Assembly: GCA_039096225.1 (NCBI GenBank) | Contig: JBBPEB010000004.1 | Span: forward strand, 1-64,000 | DNA: 64,000 bases | Direction: 5' to 3' | Source: Blastocystis sp. Blastoise | Lineage: Eukaryota; Protista; Bigyra: Opalinata | Shown here: in pieces, positions 28,334 through 43,100 of the stretch | Position numbering within the stretch: position 1 is the stretch's first letter | Layout of the letters: each line of letters begins with the position of its first letter | Program-made: the position numbers and the translations under genes | Notes under the pieces: generated by a model | The model's database searches: none | The model's input: only the letters and a program-made list of their open reading frames with translations | Told to the model about the DNA's origin: nothing

Positions 28334-29957
28334 TAATCCACAAATGACAACAGATATGCCATAACTGTCAGAAGAATAGACATATACAAGAGGTAACTAT
28401 AATTAAGTAGAAAAACATGATTTAGAATATTATTTAAAGGAGATATATACACAAATGAAGAGACATGCTGTTCCAAATATATATCCTATTAAATAGCCCC
28501 AGTTACTGATTTGGTGCTGAAGAGCTATTCCAACAGGGTATCGTTTCTTAACTATATATTTAGTTACAAGAAAAATGATATAAAATACAATCTGTGGATA
28601 TATAGGCTGAGTGTGATCTGGCTAATATAGGGAGAAGTGTGTTATATCCAATCATACAGCATCCATAGCATACATTACTATAGAGAATAAATACAGATGA
28701 GATAGAGAAATAATATACCTGATTATAGTGATAAGAGTGCCCAGATACCATGTGGCTGTGTTTGTGAAAGGGATGAAGAATGTAGCAATAGAACCAATTA
28801 AACTAAACCAGAACATTTGAGAATAACGATAATACTCTATAAGTAAGAAATATAATAGAAATGAATGTAAAGAAGTAGAAGAAAACATGAACTATACTGA
28901 AATCAGCAGAAGGTCCAAAAAGTAATACAAATATAATTTGTAAAAAGATAGAAGCAGCGACACTGTATGTAGACTAAATACAAAAGGATAATAAGAAATA
29001 GATAAAATATTCATTAATGAAGAAATAGACATAAATTAAATATTTAATGATTTGTTATTAATATAAATAGCAATACATATATAAAAACAAAAATTAATGT
29101 TCTTTTATATAAATAAAGCATATAACTAAATAACAAATAGTAAAATTACTATTACTATTATATATATAAATCTATATAATCATACAAATGATTTTGCACT
29201 AATATTTAAGTTTCCTACTGAGAAGGAGGGCATGAAGGAAGTGACTCCATCCGATGTCATACATTGAGAATAATCAGCTATTTAAATGAAAATAATAATT
29301 ATTATTAAGCATATATATATAATATATACGTAGTCCTGGACATAGTTGATGTGTTCCATTATTAATACACCCAGCAGTTATTGGAGAAGTATATGATTAA
29401 GGAATATATAGATATAATAGAAAAACGTAGACTAGGTATACTCAATAATAATATAATAATTATATAATTCATACGAAAATAATACTCAAAATAATAATAA
29501 AAATAAAAATAGTAGAGGATAAATAAGAATACAAAATAAATAACAAGAGAAAGGATATTAAACAAACATAGTATTCTCAAATTCAAAGTATTTATGTACA
29601 ATATTAGCATCACCTATCATGTTAGGACAAGACTAATATGTAATATAAATAAATAAAAGAGTTATTTAAAAATACATATGGAAATCCAGCAGTTTCATAA
29701 CCAATTTTTTCCAAGAATAGCGTTAGAAAGCATGCCATAGCTCCAGAAGAAAAAGCAGAACTAGCACCATCAAATAAACACCTATAAAAAAGAATTGATA
29801 ATAAAAACTAATTTGATAACGCATACCATCCCCAAAACTCCTTTTTAGTTAGAACAGGATCATCTTTGTTATCATCAAGTTTTCGAGAACTTGGTAAATC
29901 AAGTAGTGCATTAACACATACATTCTTTTCCAAAGAACGCCTTCTAATTTGAGACAT
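24892..29957 (-). CDS. Atg22/UMF1-like MFS permease with a ~700-aa Ser/Pro/Thr-rich C-terminal tail (19 exons)
   Basis: KEFWGWCLFDGASSAF, GPSADF, YNTLLP, ISNWGYLIGY, QSYTRSIFATSLPEGHEAELFAVYS, FGPLI. Hand splicing continues in frame into ORF 24892-26862. Confidence 0.82.
29389..29558 (-). other. U12-type AT-AC intron (170 nt, phase 2)
   Basis: Donor ATATCCTTTC; branch TTCCTTAAT then catatAC. Joins NTMFV-Y-SPITAGC in frame. Confidence 0.9.
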
Positions 29958-31174
29958 AGTTAGCCAATCTAGATTTCTTTATAAAAGTCAATAAATTAAT
30001 AAGAATATCCGAATGTAAAAGAAGAGCTTTAATAATTAATTGGAAAAATACAAACAAACTGAAAAATAGAGTTTAACCACAAATAACTGACATTTTTGTC
30101 TATAAAAGAAAAAATAACAAGAAATGACACATTTTAGAAAAAAAAGCATTTTTTTAACTGTTAAAGATATAAAAAATGAAACATATTGATATTTGATATT
30201 AGACAAGATGTGAGTCAATAATTTTAATATTTTAAAAACATAGTCTTCGTGAGTTCAATTGTTAATTGTCAATCAATTCATTAGAATTCTCATTCTTATT
30301 TAGATTCGGCTTATCAAGACTCTATATGAGTTTAAACATAACTAAATACAAGAAATATTTTATTTTTAATTTTAATTTTTATAGATTTGAGTTTATATAA
30401 TGTAACTGGTTATTCTTTTGTTCTATACGTCAGATAGTGTCTACACTTTTGGGTATAACGTAATGAATAGAAAAACAGAGACATTAAAAGATAATTGGAG
30501 ATAAACTTAATAAGAGATTAGCAATAATTTAAAACAGTCTTGTATATGTTTACTTATATGGTTATAGATTATTTTTTCATGAAGTGGTAATGTGAATTGC
30601 TGATATGACTAATTGAATAAAAGATAATTATGCTTCAAGATACAACAATATGATATTTGTCTGCTTCTTTTTATAATAGTTGCACTTCTTTATATTGTAT
30701 TGTTGGTGTATAGACTTTATTCTTGATTTATATAAGTGATATTAAGCATTAATGTATGTGAGACAATAAGTCTTAGAAGTATTATTTGTATTATGAAGCA
30801 TAAAAAGTGTTTTATAAAAAAGGAACTTGGTCTTGTCAGTTGTCATTATTGTTAGTTAATAACAATATTTACGTTTTTTGAGGTTATATATATATATATA
30901 TATATAACTTAGATATACATAATATATAATAGTCATCAATACAAATAAGTCAAAATCTATGTTCCAAATCATTTTACACAAGTTGTTTTATTACGTTTTA
31001 AGAAAAACATGATAACCAAAAATATATGTATTTATTAATTTAAATACGATGTTATTTATTGAGAAAATATTAGAAAATAGGAGTAACCCAAAAACGTCAA
31101 TTTATAAAGCATTCTTATAATTTAAATAATGAAAAATTTATATATTTTAAAGAAAAATAAAAAAGTAGAAAGAT

Positions 31175-34100
31175 CTATACCTTCAGATTATGCTCAGGAA
31201 TATTATTTTCGCTAGTATTTTCGTGTTGATGTACCTGTGATATTTTTCTTTTCTTTGGAAGCTTCTTTTTTAAGCAGTTAAATAAAAAGCAGCACGCAAT
31301 AGTAATAATAATAGATACTGGACTGATTATTAAAGCTAGAATGATCACTACATATAAAAACAAGTTAAACCCTAACAGAGTAGAATCACCTCTGATTTTG
31401 ATTTCTCCATCAATAGAAATACTAGTTATTGTTTTAAGATTAAAGTCAGAACTCATAATACAATCATTTATAAGAGATTTATCTGGATCATTTATAAAGG
31501 AAATAATATCTTGTTTAACTATAGTCCTATTAACATCCTTTACAGTAATTCTAATTGTTAACATAATACCTGAAGAATAAGTTCCAGAGATAGTGTGTAC
31601 ATTAATGATAATAATATCACGCGAAGCAATGGAATAAGTAGCCACATATTGAACAATTAGATTTCTAAAGGATTCATATGTCGATGGAGTATTGAAAGCA
31701 GTTTCAGTAATATCATCAAGTTTGAGAGGTATATAAATAAAAGAAGTATCATTTTTAGGATCCTCATTAGCATCATAAATAAAGCAGTTAGATGTATCTA
31801 TAATACCCCAATCTGCCGTATTATAACCAGAATTTTTACACAAACGAGTTTGAACACCAGATTGACCTTTAGGACATCGGTAATAAGCAATTGTAAACAG
31901 CTCAGTTTTTGGCCAAATATTATCAGAAGGACAAAATAAAATAATGATATTAATAGTTAAAGTAATAGTATCTTGAGATCGTGAATTAGAAATAGTTATA
32001 GTATAAGAATTAGAAGAATCATTAGTAGGAATACCAGATATTTCACCATTTTCAGTATTAAAAATCAAACCATCAGGAAGAGAAGGAATAATAGTTAATG
32101 GATTTAGATTACCACCTGTAATAATAGGAATAATAGGAGTAATTTCATAATTTTTATATCCAGTAATATTATTATTAATATATGATATAGTAGGTAATTT
32201 TAATTGACAATTATCAATAACATCATTCCAAATTGAAGGATAACCTAAAATACATAATCTTGATTTTGAGCCTTCATAATTAATAGGATCTGTACAATTT
32301 AATGTAATTTGTTTACCAGATTCAGTAATAGGCCAAATATCATCAGAAGGACAAAATGAAATACTAATTATAATAGTTAAAGTAATAGTATCTTGAGCTC
32401 GTGAATTAGAAATAGTTATAGTATAAGAATTAGAAGAATCAACAGTAGGAATACCAGATATTTCACCAGTTGTAGAATTGAAATAAAGACCATCAGGAAG
32501 AGAAGGAGATATTGTAATAGGATTTAGATTACCACCTGTAATAGTAGCAATAATAGGAGTAATTTCATGATTCTTATATCCAGTAATAACATTATTAATA
32601 TATGATATAGTAGGTAATTTTAATTGACAAGTATCAATAACATCATTCCAAATTGCAGGATAACCTAAAATACATAATCTAGATCTAAAACCTTCATAAT
32701 TAATAGGATCTTCACATAATAATGTTATTTGTTGACCTATTTCAGTTTTTGGCCAAATATTATCAGAAGGACAAAATAAAATAATGATATTAATAGTTAA
32801 AGTAATAGTATCTTGAGATCGTGAATTAGAAATAGTTATAGTATAAGAATTAGAAGAATCATTAGTAGGAATACCAGATATTTCACCATTTTCAGTATTA
32901 AAAATCAAACCATCAGGAAGAGAAGGAATAATAGTTAATGGATTTAGATTACCACCTGTAATAATAGGAATAATAGGAGTAATTTCATAATTTTTATATC
33001 CAGTAATATTATTATTAATATATGATATAGTAGGTAATTTTAATTGACAATTATCAATAACATCATTCCAAATTGAAGGATAACCTAAAATACATAATCT
33101 TGATTTTGAGCCTTCATAATTAATAGGATCTGTACAATTTAATGTAATTTGTTTACCAGATTCAGTAATAGGCCAAATATCATCAGAAGGACAAAATGAA
33201 ATACTAATTATAATAGTTAAAGTAATAGTATCTTGAGCTCGTGAATTAGAAATAGTTATAGTATAAGAATTAGAAGAATCAACAGTAGGAATACCAGATA
33301 TTTCACCAGTTGTAGAATTGAAATAAAGACCATCAGGAAGAGAAGGAGATATTGTAATAGGATTTAGATTACCACCTGTAATAGTAGCAATAATAGGAGT
33401 AATTTCATGATTCTTATATCCAGTAATAACATTATTAATATATGATATAGTAGGTAATTTTAATTGACAAGTATCAATAACATCATTCCAAATTGCAGGA
33501 TAACCTAAAATACATAATCTAGATCTAAAACCTTCATAATTAATAGGATCTTCACATAATAATGTTATTTGTTGACCTATTTCAGTTTTTGGCCAAATAT
33601 TATCAGAAGGACAAAATAAAATAATGATATTAATAGTTAAAGTAATAGTATCTTGAGATCGTGAATTAGAAATAGTTATAGTATAAGAATTAGAAGAATC
33701 ATTAGTAGGAATACCAGATATTTCACCATTTTCAGTATTAAAAATCAAACCATCAGGAAGAGAAGGAATAATAGTTAATGGATTTAGATTACCACCTGTA
33801 ATAATAGGAATAATAGGAGTAATTTCATAATTTTTATATCCAGTAATATTATTATTAATATATGATATAGTAGGTAATTTTAATTGACAATTATCAATAA
33901 CATCATTCCAAATTGAAGGATAACCTAAAATACATAATCTTGATTTTGAGCCTTCATAATTAATAGGATCTGTACAATTTAATGTAATTTGTTTACCAGA
34001 TTCAGTAATAGGCCAAATATCATCAGAAGGACAAAATGAAATACTAATTATAATAGTTAAAGTAATAGTATCTTGAGCTCGTGAATTAGAAATAGTTATA

Positions 34101-37100
34101 GTATAAGAATTAGAAGAATCAACAGTAGGAATACCAGATATTTCACCAGTTGTAGAATTGAAATAAAGACCATCAGGAAGAGAAGGAGATATTGTAATAG
34201 GATTTAGATTACCACCTGTAATAGTAGCAATAATAGGAGTAATTTCATGATTCTTATATCCAGTAATAACATTATTAATATATGATATAGTAGGTAATTT
34301 TAATTGACAAGTATCAATAACATCATTCCAAATTGCAGGATAACCTAAAATACATAATCTAGATCTAAAACCTTCATAATTAATAGGATCTTCACATAAT
34401 AATGTTATTTGTTGACCTATTTCAGTTTTTGGCCAAATATTATCAGAAGGACAAAATAAAATAATGATATTAATAGTTAAAGTAATAGTATCTTGAGATC
34501 GTGAATTAGAAATAGTTATAGTATAAGAATTAGAAGAATCATTAGTAGGAATACCAGATATTTCACCATTTTCAGTATTAAAAATCAAACCATCAGGAAG
34601 AGAAGGAATAATAGTTAATGGATTTAGATTACCACCTGTAATAATAGGAATAATAGGAGTAATTTCATAATTTTTATATCCAGTAATATTATTATTAATA
34701 TATGATATAGTAGGTAATTTTAATTGACAATTATCAATAACATCATTCCAAATTGAAGGATAACCTAAAATACATAATCTTGATTTTGAGCCTTCATAAT
34801 TAATAGGATCTGTACAATTTAATGTAATTTGTTTACCAGATTCAGTAATAGGCCAAATATCATCAGAAGGACAAAATGAAATACTAATTATAATAGTTAA
34901 AGTAATAGTATCTTGAGCTCGTGAATTAGAAATAGTTATAGTATAAGAATTAGAAGAATCAACAGTAGGAATACCAGATATTTCACCAGTTGTAGAATTG
35001 AAATAAAGACCATCAGGAAGAGAAGGAGATATTGTAATAGGATTTAGATTACCACCTGTAATAGTAGCAATAATAGGAGTAATTTCATGATTCTTATATC
35101 CAGTAATAACATTATTAATATATGATATAGTAGGTAATTTTAATTGACAAGTATCAATAACATCATTCCAAATTGCAGGATAACCTAAAATACATAATCT
35201 AGATCTAAAACCTTCATAATTAATAGGATCTTCACATAATAATGTTATTTGTTGACCTATTTCAGTTTTTGGCCAAATATTATCAGAAGGACAAAATAAA
35301 ATAATGATATTAATAGTTAAAGTAATAGTATCTTGAGATCGTGAATTAGAAATAGTTATAGTATAAGAATTAGAAGAATCATTAGTAGGAATACCAGATA
35401 TTTCACCATTTTCAGTATTAAAAATCAAACCATCAGGAAGAGAAGGAATAATAGTTAATGGATTTAGATTACCACCTGTAATAATAGGAATAATAGGAGT
35501 AATTTCATAATTTTTATATCCAGTAATATTATTATTAATATATGATATAGTAGGTAATTTTAATTGACAATTATCAATAACATCATTCCAAATTGAAGGA
35601 TAACCTAAAATACATAATCTTGATTTTGAGCCTTCATAATTAATAGGATCTGTACAATTTAATGTAATTTGTTTACCAGATTCAGTAATAGGCCAAATAT
35701 CATCAGAAGGACAAAATGAAATACTAATTATAATAGTTAAAGTAATAGTATCTTGAGCTCGTGAATTAGAAATAGTTATAGTATAAGAATTAGAAGAATC
35801 AACAGTAGGAATACCAGATATTTCACCAGTTGTAGAATTGAAATAAAGACCATCAGGAAGAGAAGGAGATATTGTAATAGGATTTAGATTACCACCTGTA
35901 ATAGTAGCAATAATAGGAGTAATTTCATGATTCTTATATCCAGTAATAACATTATTAATATATGATATAGTAGGTAATTTTAATTGACAAGTATCAATAA
36001 CATCATTCCAAATTGCAGGATAACCTAAAATACATAATCTAGATCTAAAACCTTCATAATTAATAGGATCTTCACATAATAATGTTATTTGTTGACCTAT
36101 TTCAGTTTTTGGCCAAATATTATCAGAAGGACAAAATAAAATAATGATATTAATAGTTAAAGTAATAGTATCTTGAGATCGTGAATTAGAAATAGTTATA
36201 GTATAAGAATTAGAAGAATCATTAGTAGGAATACCAGATATTTCACCATTTTCAGTATTAAAAATCAAACCATCAGGAAGAGAAGGAATAATAGTTAATG
36301 GATTTAGATTACCACCTGTAATAATAGGAATAATAGGAGTAATTTCATAATTTTTATATCCAGTAATATTATTATTAATATATGATATAGTAGGTAATTT
36401 TAATTGACAATTATCAATAACATCATTCCAAATTGAAGGATAACCTAAAATACATAATCTTGATTTTGAGCCTTCATAATTAATAGGATCTGTACAATTT
36501 AATGTAATTTGTTTACCAGATTCAGTAATAGGCCAAATATCATCAGAAGGACAAAATGAAATACTAATTATAATAGTTAAAGTAATAGTATCTTGAGCTC
36601 GTGAATTAGAAATAGTTATAGTATAAGAATTAGAAGAATCAACAGTAGGAATACCAGATATTTCACCAGTTGTAGAATTGAAATAAAGACCATCAGGAAG
36701 AGAAGGAGATATTGTAATAGGATTTAGATTACCACCTGTAATAGTAGCAATAATAGGAGTAATTTCATGATTCTTATATCCAGTAATAACATTATTAATA
36801 TATGATATAGTAGGTAATTTTAATTGACAAGTATCAATAACATCATTCCAAATTGCAGGATAACCTAAAATACATAATCTAGATCTAAAACCTTCATAAT
36901 TAATAGGATCTTCACATAATAATGTTATTTGTTGACCTATTTCAGTTTTTGGCCAAATATTATCAGAAGGACAAAATAAAATAATGATATTAATAGTTAA
37001 AGTAATAGTATCTTGAGATCGTGAATTAGAAATAGTTATAGTATAAGAATTAGAAGAATCATTAGTAGGAATACCAGATATTTCACCATTTTCAGTATTA

Positions 37101-40100
37101 AAAATCAAACCATCAGGAAGAGAAGGAATAATAGTTAATGGATTTAGATTACCACCTGTAATAATAGGAATAATAGGAGTAATTTCATAATTTTTATATC
37201 CAGTAATATTATTATTAATATATGATATAGTAGGTAATTTTAATTGACAATTATCAATAACATCATTCCAAATTGAAGGATAACCTAAAATACATAATCT
37301 TGATTTTGAGCCTTCATAATTAATAGGATCTGTACAATTTAATGTAATTTGTTTACCAGATTCAGTAATAGGCCAAATATCATCAGAAGGACAAAATGAA
37401 ATACTAATTATAATAGTTAAAGTAATAGTATCTTGAGCTCGTGAATTAGAAATAGTTATAGTATAAGAATTAGAAGAATCAACAGTAGGAATACCAGATA
37501 TTTCACCAGTTGTAGAATTGAAATAAAGACCATCAGGAAGAGAAGGAGATATTGTAATAGGATTTAGATTACCACCTGTAATAGTAGCAATAATAGGAGT
37601 AATTTCATGATTCTTATATCCAGTAATAACATTATTAATATATGATATAGTAGGTAATTTTAATTGACAAGTATCAATAACATCATTCCAAATTGCAGGA
37701 TAACCTAAAATACATAATCTAGATCTAAAACCTTCATAATTAATAGGATCTTCACATAATAATGTTATTTGTTGACCTATTTCAGTTTTTGGCCAAATAT
37801 TATCAGAAGGACAAAATAAAATAATGATATTAATAGTTAAAGTAATAGTATCTTGAGATCGTGAATTAGAAATAGTTATAGTATAAGAATTAGAAGAATC
37901 ATTAGTAGGAATACCAGATATTTCACCATTTTCAGTATTAAAAATCAAACCATCAGGAAGAGAAGGAATAATAGTTAATGGATTTAGATTACCACCTGTA
38001 ATAATAGGAATAATAGGAGTAATTTCATAATTTTTATATCCAGTAATATTATTATTAATATATGATATAGTAGGTAATTTTAATTGACAATTATCAATAA
38101 CATCATTCCAAATTGAAGGATAACCTAAAATACATAATCTTGATTTTGAGCCTTCATAATTAATAGGATCTGTACAATTTAATGTAATTTGTTTACCAGA
38201 TTCAGTAATAGGCCAAATATCATCAGAAGGACAAAATGAAATACTAATTATAATAGTTAAAGTAATAGTATCTTGAGCTCGTGAATTAGAAATAGTTATA
38301 GTATAAGAATTAGAAGAATCAACAGTAGGAATACCAGATATTTCACCAGTTGTAGAATTGAAATAAAGACCATCAGGAAGAGAAGGAGATATTGTAATAG
38401 GATTTAGATTACCACCTGTAATAGTAGCAATAATAGGAGTAATTTCATGATTCTTATATCCAGTAATAACATTATTAATATATGATATAGTAGGTAATTT
38501 TAATTGACAAGTATCAATAACATCATTCCAAATTGCAGGATAACCTAAAATACATAATCTAGATCTAAAACCTTCATAATTAATAGGATCTTCACATAAT
38601 AATGTTATTTGTTGACCTATTTCAGTTTTTGGCCAAATATTATCAGAAGGACAAAATAAAATAATGATATTAATAGTTAAAGTAATAGTATCTTGAGATC
38701 GTGAATTAGAAATAGTTATAGTATAAGAATTAGAAGAATCATTAGTAGGAATACCAGATATTTCACCATTTTCAGTATTAAAAATCAAACCATCAGGAAG
38801 AGAAGGAATAATAGTTAATGGATTTAGATTACCACCTGTAATAATAGGAATAATAGGAGTAATTTCATAATTTTTATATCCAGTAATATTATTATTAATA
38901 TATGATATAGTAGGTAATTTTAATTGACAATTATCAATAACATCATTCCAAATTGAAGGATAACCTAAAATACATAATCTTGATTTTGAGCCTTCATAAT
39001 TAATAGGATCTGTACAATTTAATGTAATTTGTTTACCAGATTCAGTAATAGGCCAAATATCATCAGAAGGACAAAATGAAATACTAATTATAATAGTTAA
39101 AGTAATAGTATCTTGAGCTCGTGAATTAGAAATAGTTATAGTATAAGAATTAGAAGAATCAACAGTAGGAATACCAGATATTTCACCAGTTGTAGAATTG
39201 AAATAAAGACCATCAGGAAGAGAAGGAGATATTGTAATAGGATTTAGATTACCACCTGTAATAGTAGCAATAATAGGAGTAATTTCATGATTCTTATATC
39301 CAGTAATAACATTATTAATATATGATATAGTAGGTAATTTTAATTGACAAGTATCAATAACATCATTCCAAATTGCAGGATAACCTAAAATACATAATCT
39401 AGATCTAAAACCTTCATAATTAATAGGATCTTCACATAATAATGTTATTTGTTGACCTATTTCAGTTTTTGGCCAAATATTATCAGAAGGACAAAATAAA
39501 ATAATGATATTAATAGTTAAAGTAATAGTATCTTGAGATCGTGAATTAGAAATAGTTATAGTATAAGAATTAGAAGAATCATTAGTAGGAATACCAGATA
39601 TTTCACCATTTTCAGTATTAAAAATCAAACCATCAGGAAGAGAAGGAATAATAGTTAATGGATTTAGATTACCACCTGTAATAATAGGAATAATAGGAGT
39701 AATTTCATAATTTTTATATCCAGTAATATTATTATTAATATATGATATAGTAGGTAATTTTAATTGACAATTATCAATAACATCATTCCAAATTGAAGGA
39801 TAACCTAAAATACATAATCTTGATTTTGAGCCTTCATAATTAATAGGATCTGTACAATTTAATGTAATTTGTTTACCAGATTCAGTAATAGGCCAAATAT
39901 CATCAGAAGGACAAAATGAAATACTAATTTCAATCGTAATCGACGAAGTTACTGAGCCAGCAGTATTTGTAGCTGTAATAGTATAACTAGTGAGAGTGTT
40001 GTTCGTTAGTGGAGTACCCGAAATAATACCCGTGGATGAATTTATTAATAATCCTAAAGGAAGATCGGGAACAATGTTATATTCTAATTCAACACCAGTA

Positions 40101-43100
40101 ACAGTAGGAGAAAGATATACTGGTATATTCTTATGACATGTAAAAGGAGATCCAGAATAAACCAAATACGTAGGAGGAACTGCATCACAAAAATTTTGTT
40201 CTTCACCAAAAATGCCATTAGTGCACAATCTTTGTTTAAAACCAGTATAACCAATAGGACATTCTTTAGAAGAATAACCACCATTAGGAGCTGGTCCCCA
40301 TATATCAGTAGAAGCACAAGAAATAGGAGCATTTGTAACATATAAGCCAAATTCAGACAATTGAAAGTTGCCATAACCACAAATCAGTGAGTCAAGAGGA
40401 GGATTATTGCACTCAGTAGCAACAAATCTAAATGAATTATAGGCTTGGGAAGAATAAAAATCATATGAGTATGTTTGTCTGAAAGAAGTGAATAATTGTT
40501 GATGTTGTATGTCTAGTAAAGTCCAAGTAGCACCATTATCATTAGAGCCTTCAATTCTCCAACCAGAAGGATGTCTTTGGTTACAATCATTAGCATTAGT
40601 GATCTTATAATGATTAATAAATTCTTTACGATTATTATTGAAAGTATATTTATAAATAGCACCAACACATCGTGGACCACTAAGAACTCTTGTACTAATC
40701 TTATTATCAAATAACATACTAGTGCCTTCAGAATCATTCGTTTCAATATCAGACCATGCAACACCATCAGATACTCTATATTCACCAGAAGAAATAAAAG
40801 TGGCAGTGGAATAAAATGCATTTGGATTAGGAATATTGTTCCTCTTGTGAATTTCAACAGCTAATACATTTTTACCAATTACAAGGATATTAGAAATAAG
40901 TGTAGATATAGAAGTAGTAAAAGGAATATAAGAAGCATACTCAACAGTAGCAAGAGTATTATAATAAAGAGTTCCTGAATTCATATTAACTCTTCTAACT
41001 TCATGTCCATTAAGATAAACAACCATACCTGCAAAAGTTTTTACCATAATATCAATACCAACATAATCTGGATTAAGAGTAGAAAGAGTAAACGTATTTC
41101 TATAGTATTGGGTAATAGCAGAAGAATAATATAAATGACCAGAGGTACCAGTGTGCCAAGTAATATCTGAGAATGAGACTTGATTCCAATCAGAAGGAGC
41201 TTGATAACTATTAAAGAAGTATTTCCAAGTTGCAGTACCTGAAATTAGTACAGCTATACTAAATGATACAGTCTTGGGAGATTCACCATATGCAAGAGAA
41301 CCAGAAAGAATAGGAGTTGTACTATCTTCAATATATATCGAATAAGTCCCTTCACCCCATCCATCATTCTTACTATCAGACATAATTAATGAATATACAC
41401 CAGCGGCTCTGCAATAAATAAAATTCTGAGTAGAATAACCAATAGATGAGTTTCTGGAATCAACTAAACTTCCAAAAGAATCACGAAGTGTCCAAGAAGC
41501 TTCATTAGCATAATTTGTAAAGTACATAGAAATCCTAAAAAGATTATTAGGAAAAGTACAAGAAATAACAGAAAGAGTAACATATGAAGATACTGAAGTA
41601 CCTTGAATATTGTTAGCATGAATAGTATAAGTAGTCAGAGATTTGAGTGTGGTTGGAATACCATTTAGATAGCCATTAGATGTGTCAATAGTGATACCAG
41701 TAGGAAGTTGTGGTGAAATAGTGAAATTATGATAGTATTCAGAAGAAACTAAAAGAGGAGGAACAGGAACACCCTTATAAGCAACAAGATAAGAAGGAGT
41801 TAAACTAAGAGGAGGAATAATAAGAGAATCAATATCTTCAATGAAGAACTCCCATTCAGAGAAGGCATATCTATATGGACTTTGACTACCAACTGCTTTA
41901 GTAACAGAAATCTTATAATTAGTATAAGCTTTATAACTATCAGGAGCATAGAAACATTGTCTTTGGTTTCTTTCTTCCCATGAGACATTTGATTGAGAGG
42001 TAATAGAAGTCCAAGTAATACCATCCATAGAACCATAAATAGTCCAATCAGAAGGATCATATTGAGGAGATTCATAATTTGAAATAATACAGTATTTATT
42101 CATATAAACTGCATTATTGTTTTCAAACTTTATAGTAGCCCATTCCTCAGTAATAGAATAACGAGAAATGGTCATCCAGTTAGTATTGTATTTAGAATCG
42201 AATAGATATATAGGTTTTTTATTATAAGATATGCTACTAGAATCATATACACCATTAGAACTATCTTGATTAACTTTAGAATCGCCAAGAAGAAGAAACA
42301 TAGCATCAAAATCAAGATTATATCCAGAACTATCAATATTAACTAAAGCAATAGCTACAGTAACACTATTACCAGTAGAAAGACTAGTCATAGGTCCAGA
42401 TACAGATCTCCATAAGAAAGTAATATCACCACCCGAAGCAACACTATTACCATTAATCTCTCCAGACACAAGATTGTATCTATAAATTTCATTACCATTT
42501 AAATAAATAACACAGCCAGCCTTAGACTTAAAAAACAGCTTCCATCCAACCATATTCATTCTAGAAGTAATAGTGAAGGACTTCCTAAGAAGAACTATTT
42601 TTTGAGTAATAAAAAGGAGAGGATAATATGTGAATGTTTTCCAGTTAGAATCGGAATAACTATTTGTTTTCCAATTACTGTTTGTCACAATACCTTGTTG
42701 ATACTTCCAATCAGTTCGAGAATCAAGATCAAGACGCGTATTAATATAATAGGTAGCAGTAGTACCAGCTGATAAAAACAAGCGAGCAATTCTGTGTTCA
42801 GTGTTTATATTAGATCTTAAGGAAACATCAAGATAATTGCCTACTTCCCATCCATCATTATTATCATCAAAAAGAACAAACTTTCAGCGACCAGCAGGTT
42901 CACAAAGTATTTTTGTTTGAGTTGAATTATCATTAGAACCAGTTATAGACATAATTAAATCATTTTCTTCAGAATATATATCAACATGTTCATCTAGAGA
43001 AATGATTTTATTCAATTTTGTAATTATAACTTGAGCCATAGTAGGTTGATGACAAACAGTTAAAGTAATATAAATTGGAAAAGTAGAAACTTCATTTGTA

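Noticed and set aside
42884-42886. Genome-wide TGA=Trp recoding (no complete gene here ends in TGA)
   Set aside because: Trp is TGG at all other positions examined. In so AT-rich a genome a recoded TGA would be frequent, and only one in-frame TGA was found.
42840-42891. 51-nt GT-AG intron that would remove the TGA
   Set aside because: Donor GTCGCT is unlike local donors, the sequence is exon-like, and removal deletes the conserved DxxxDGW motif.
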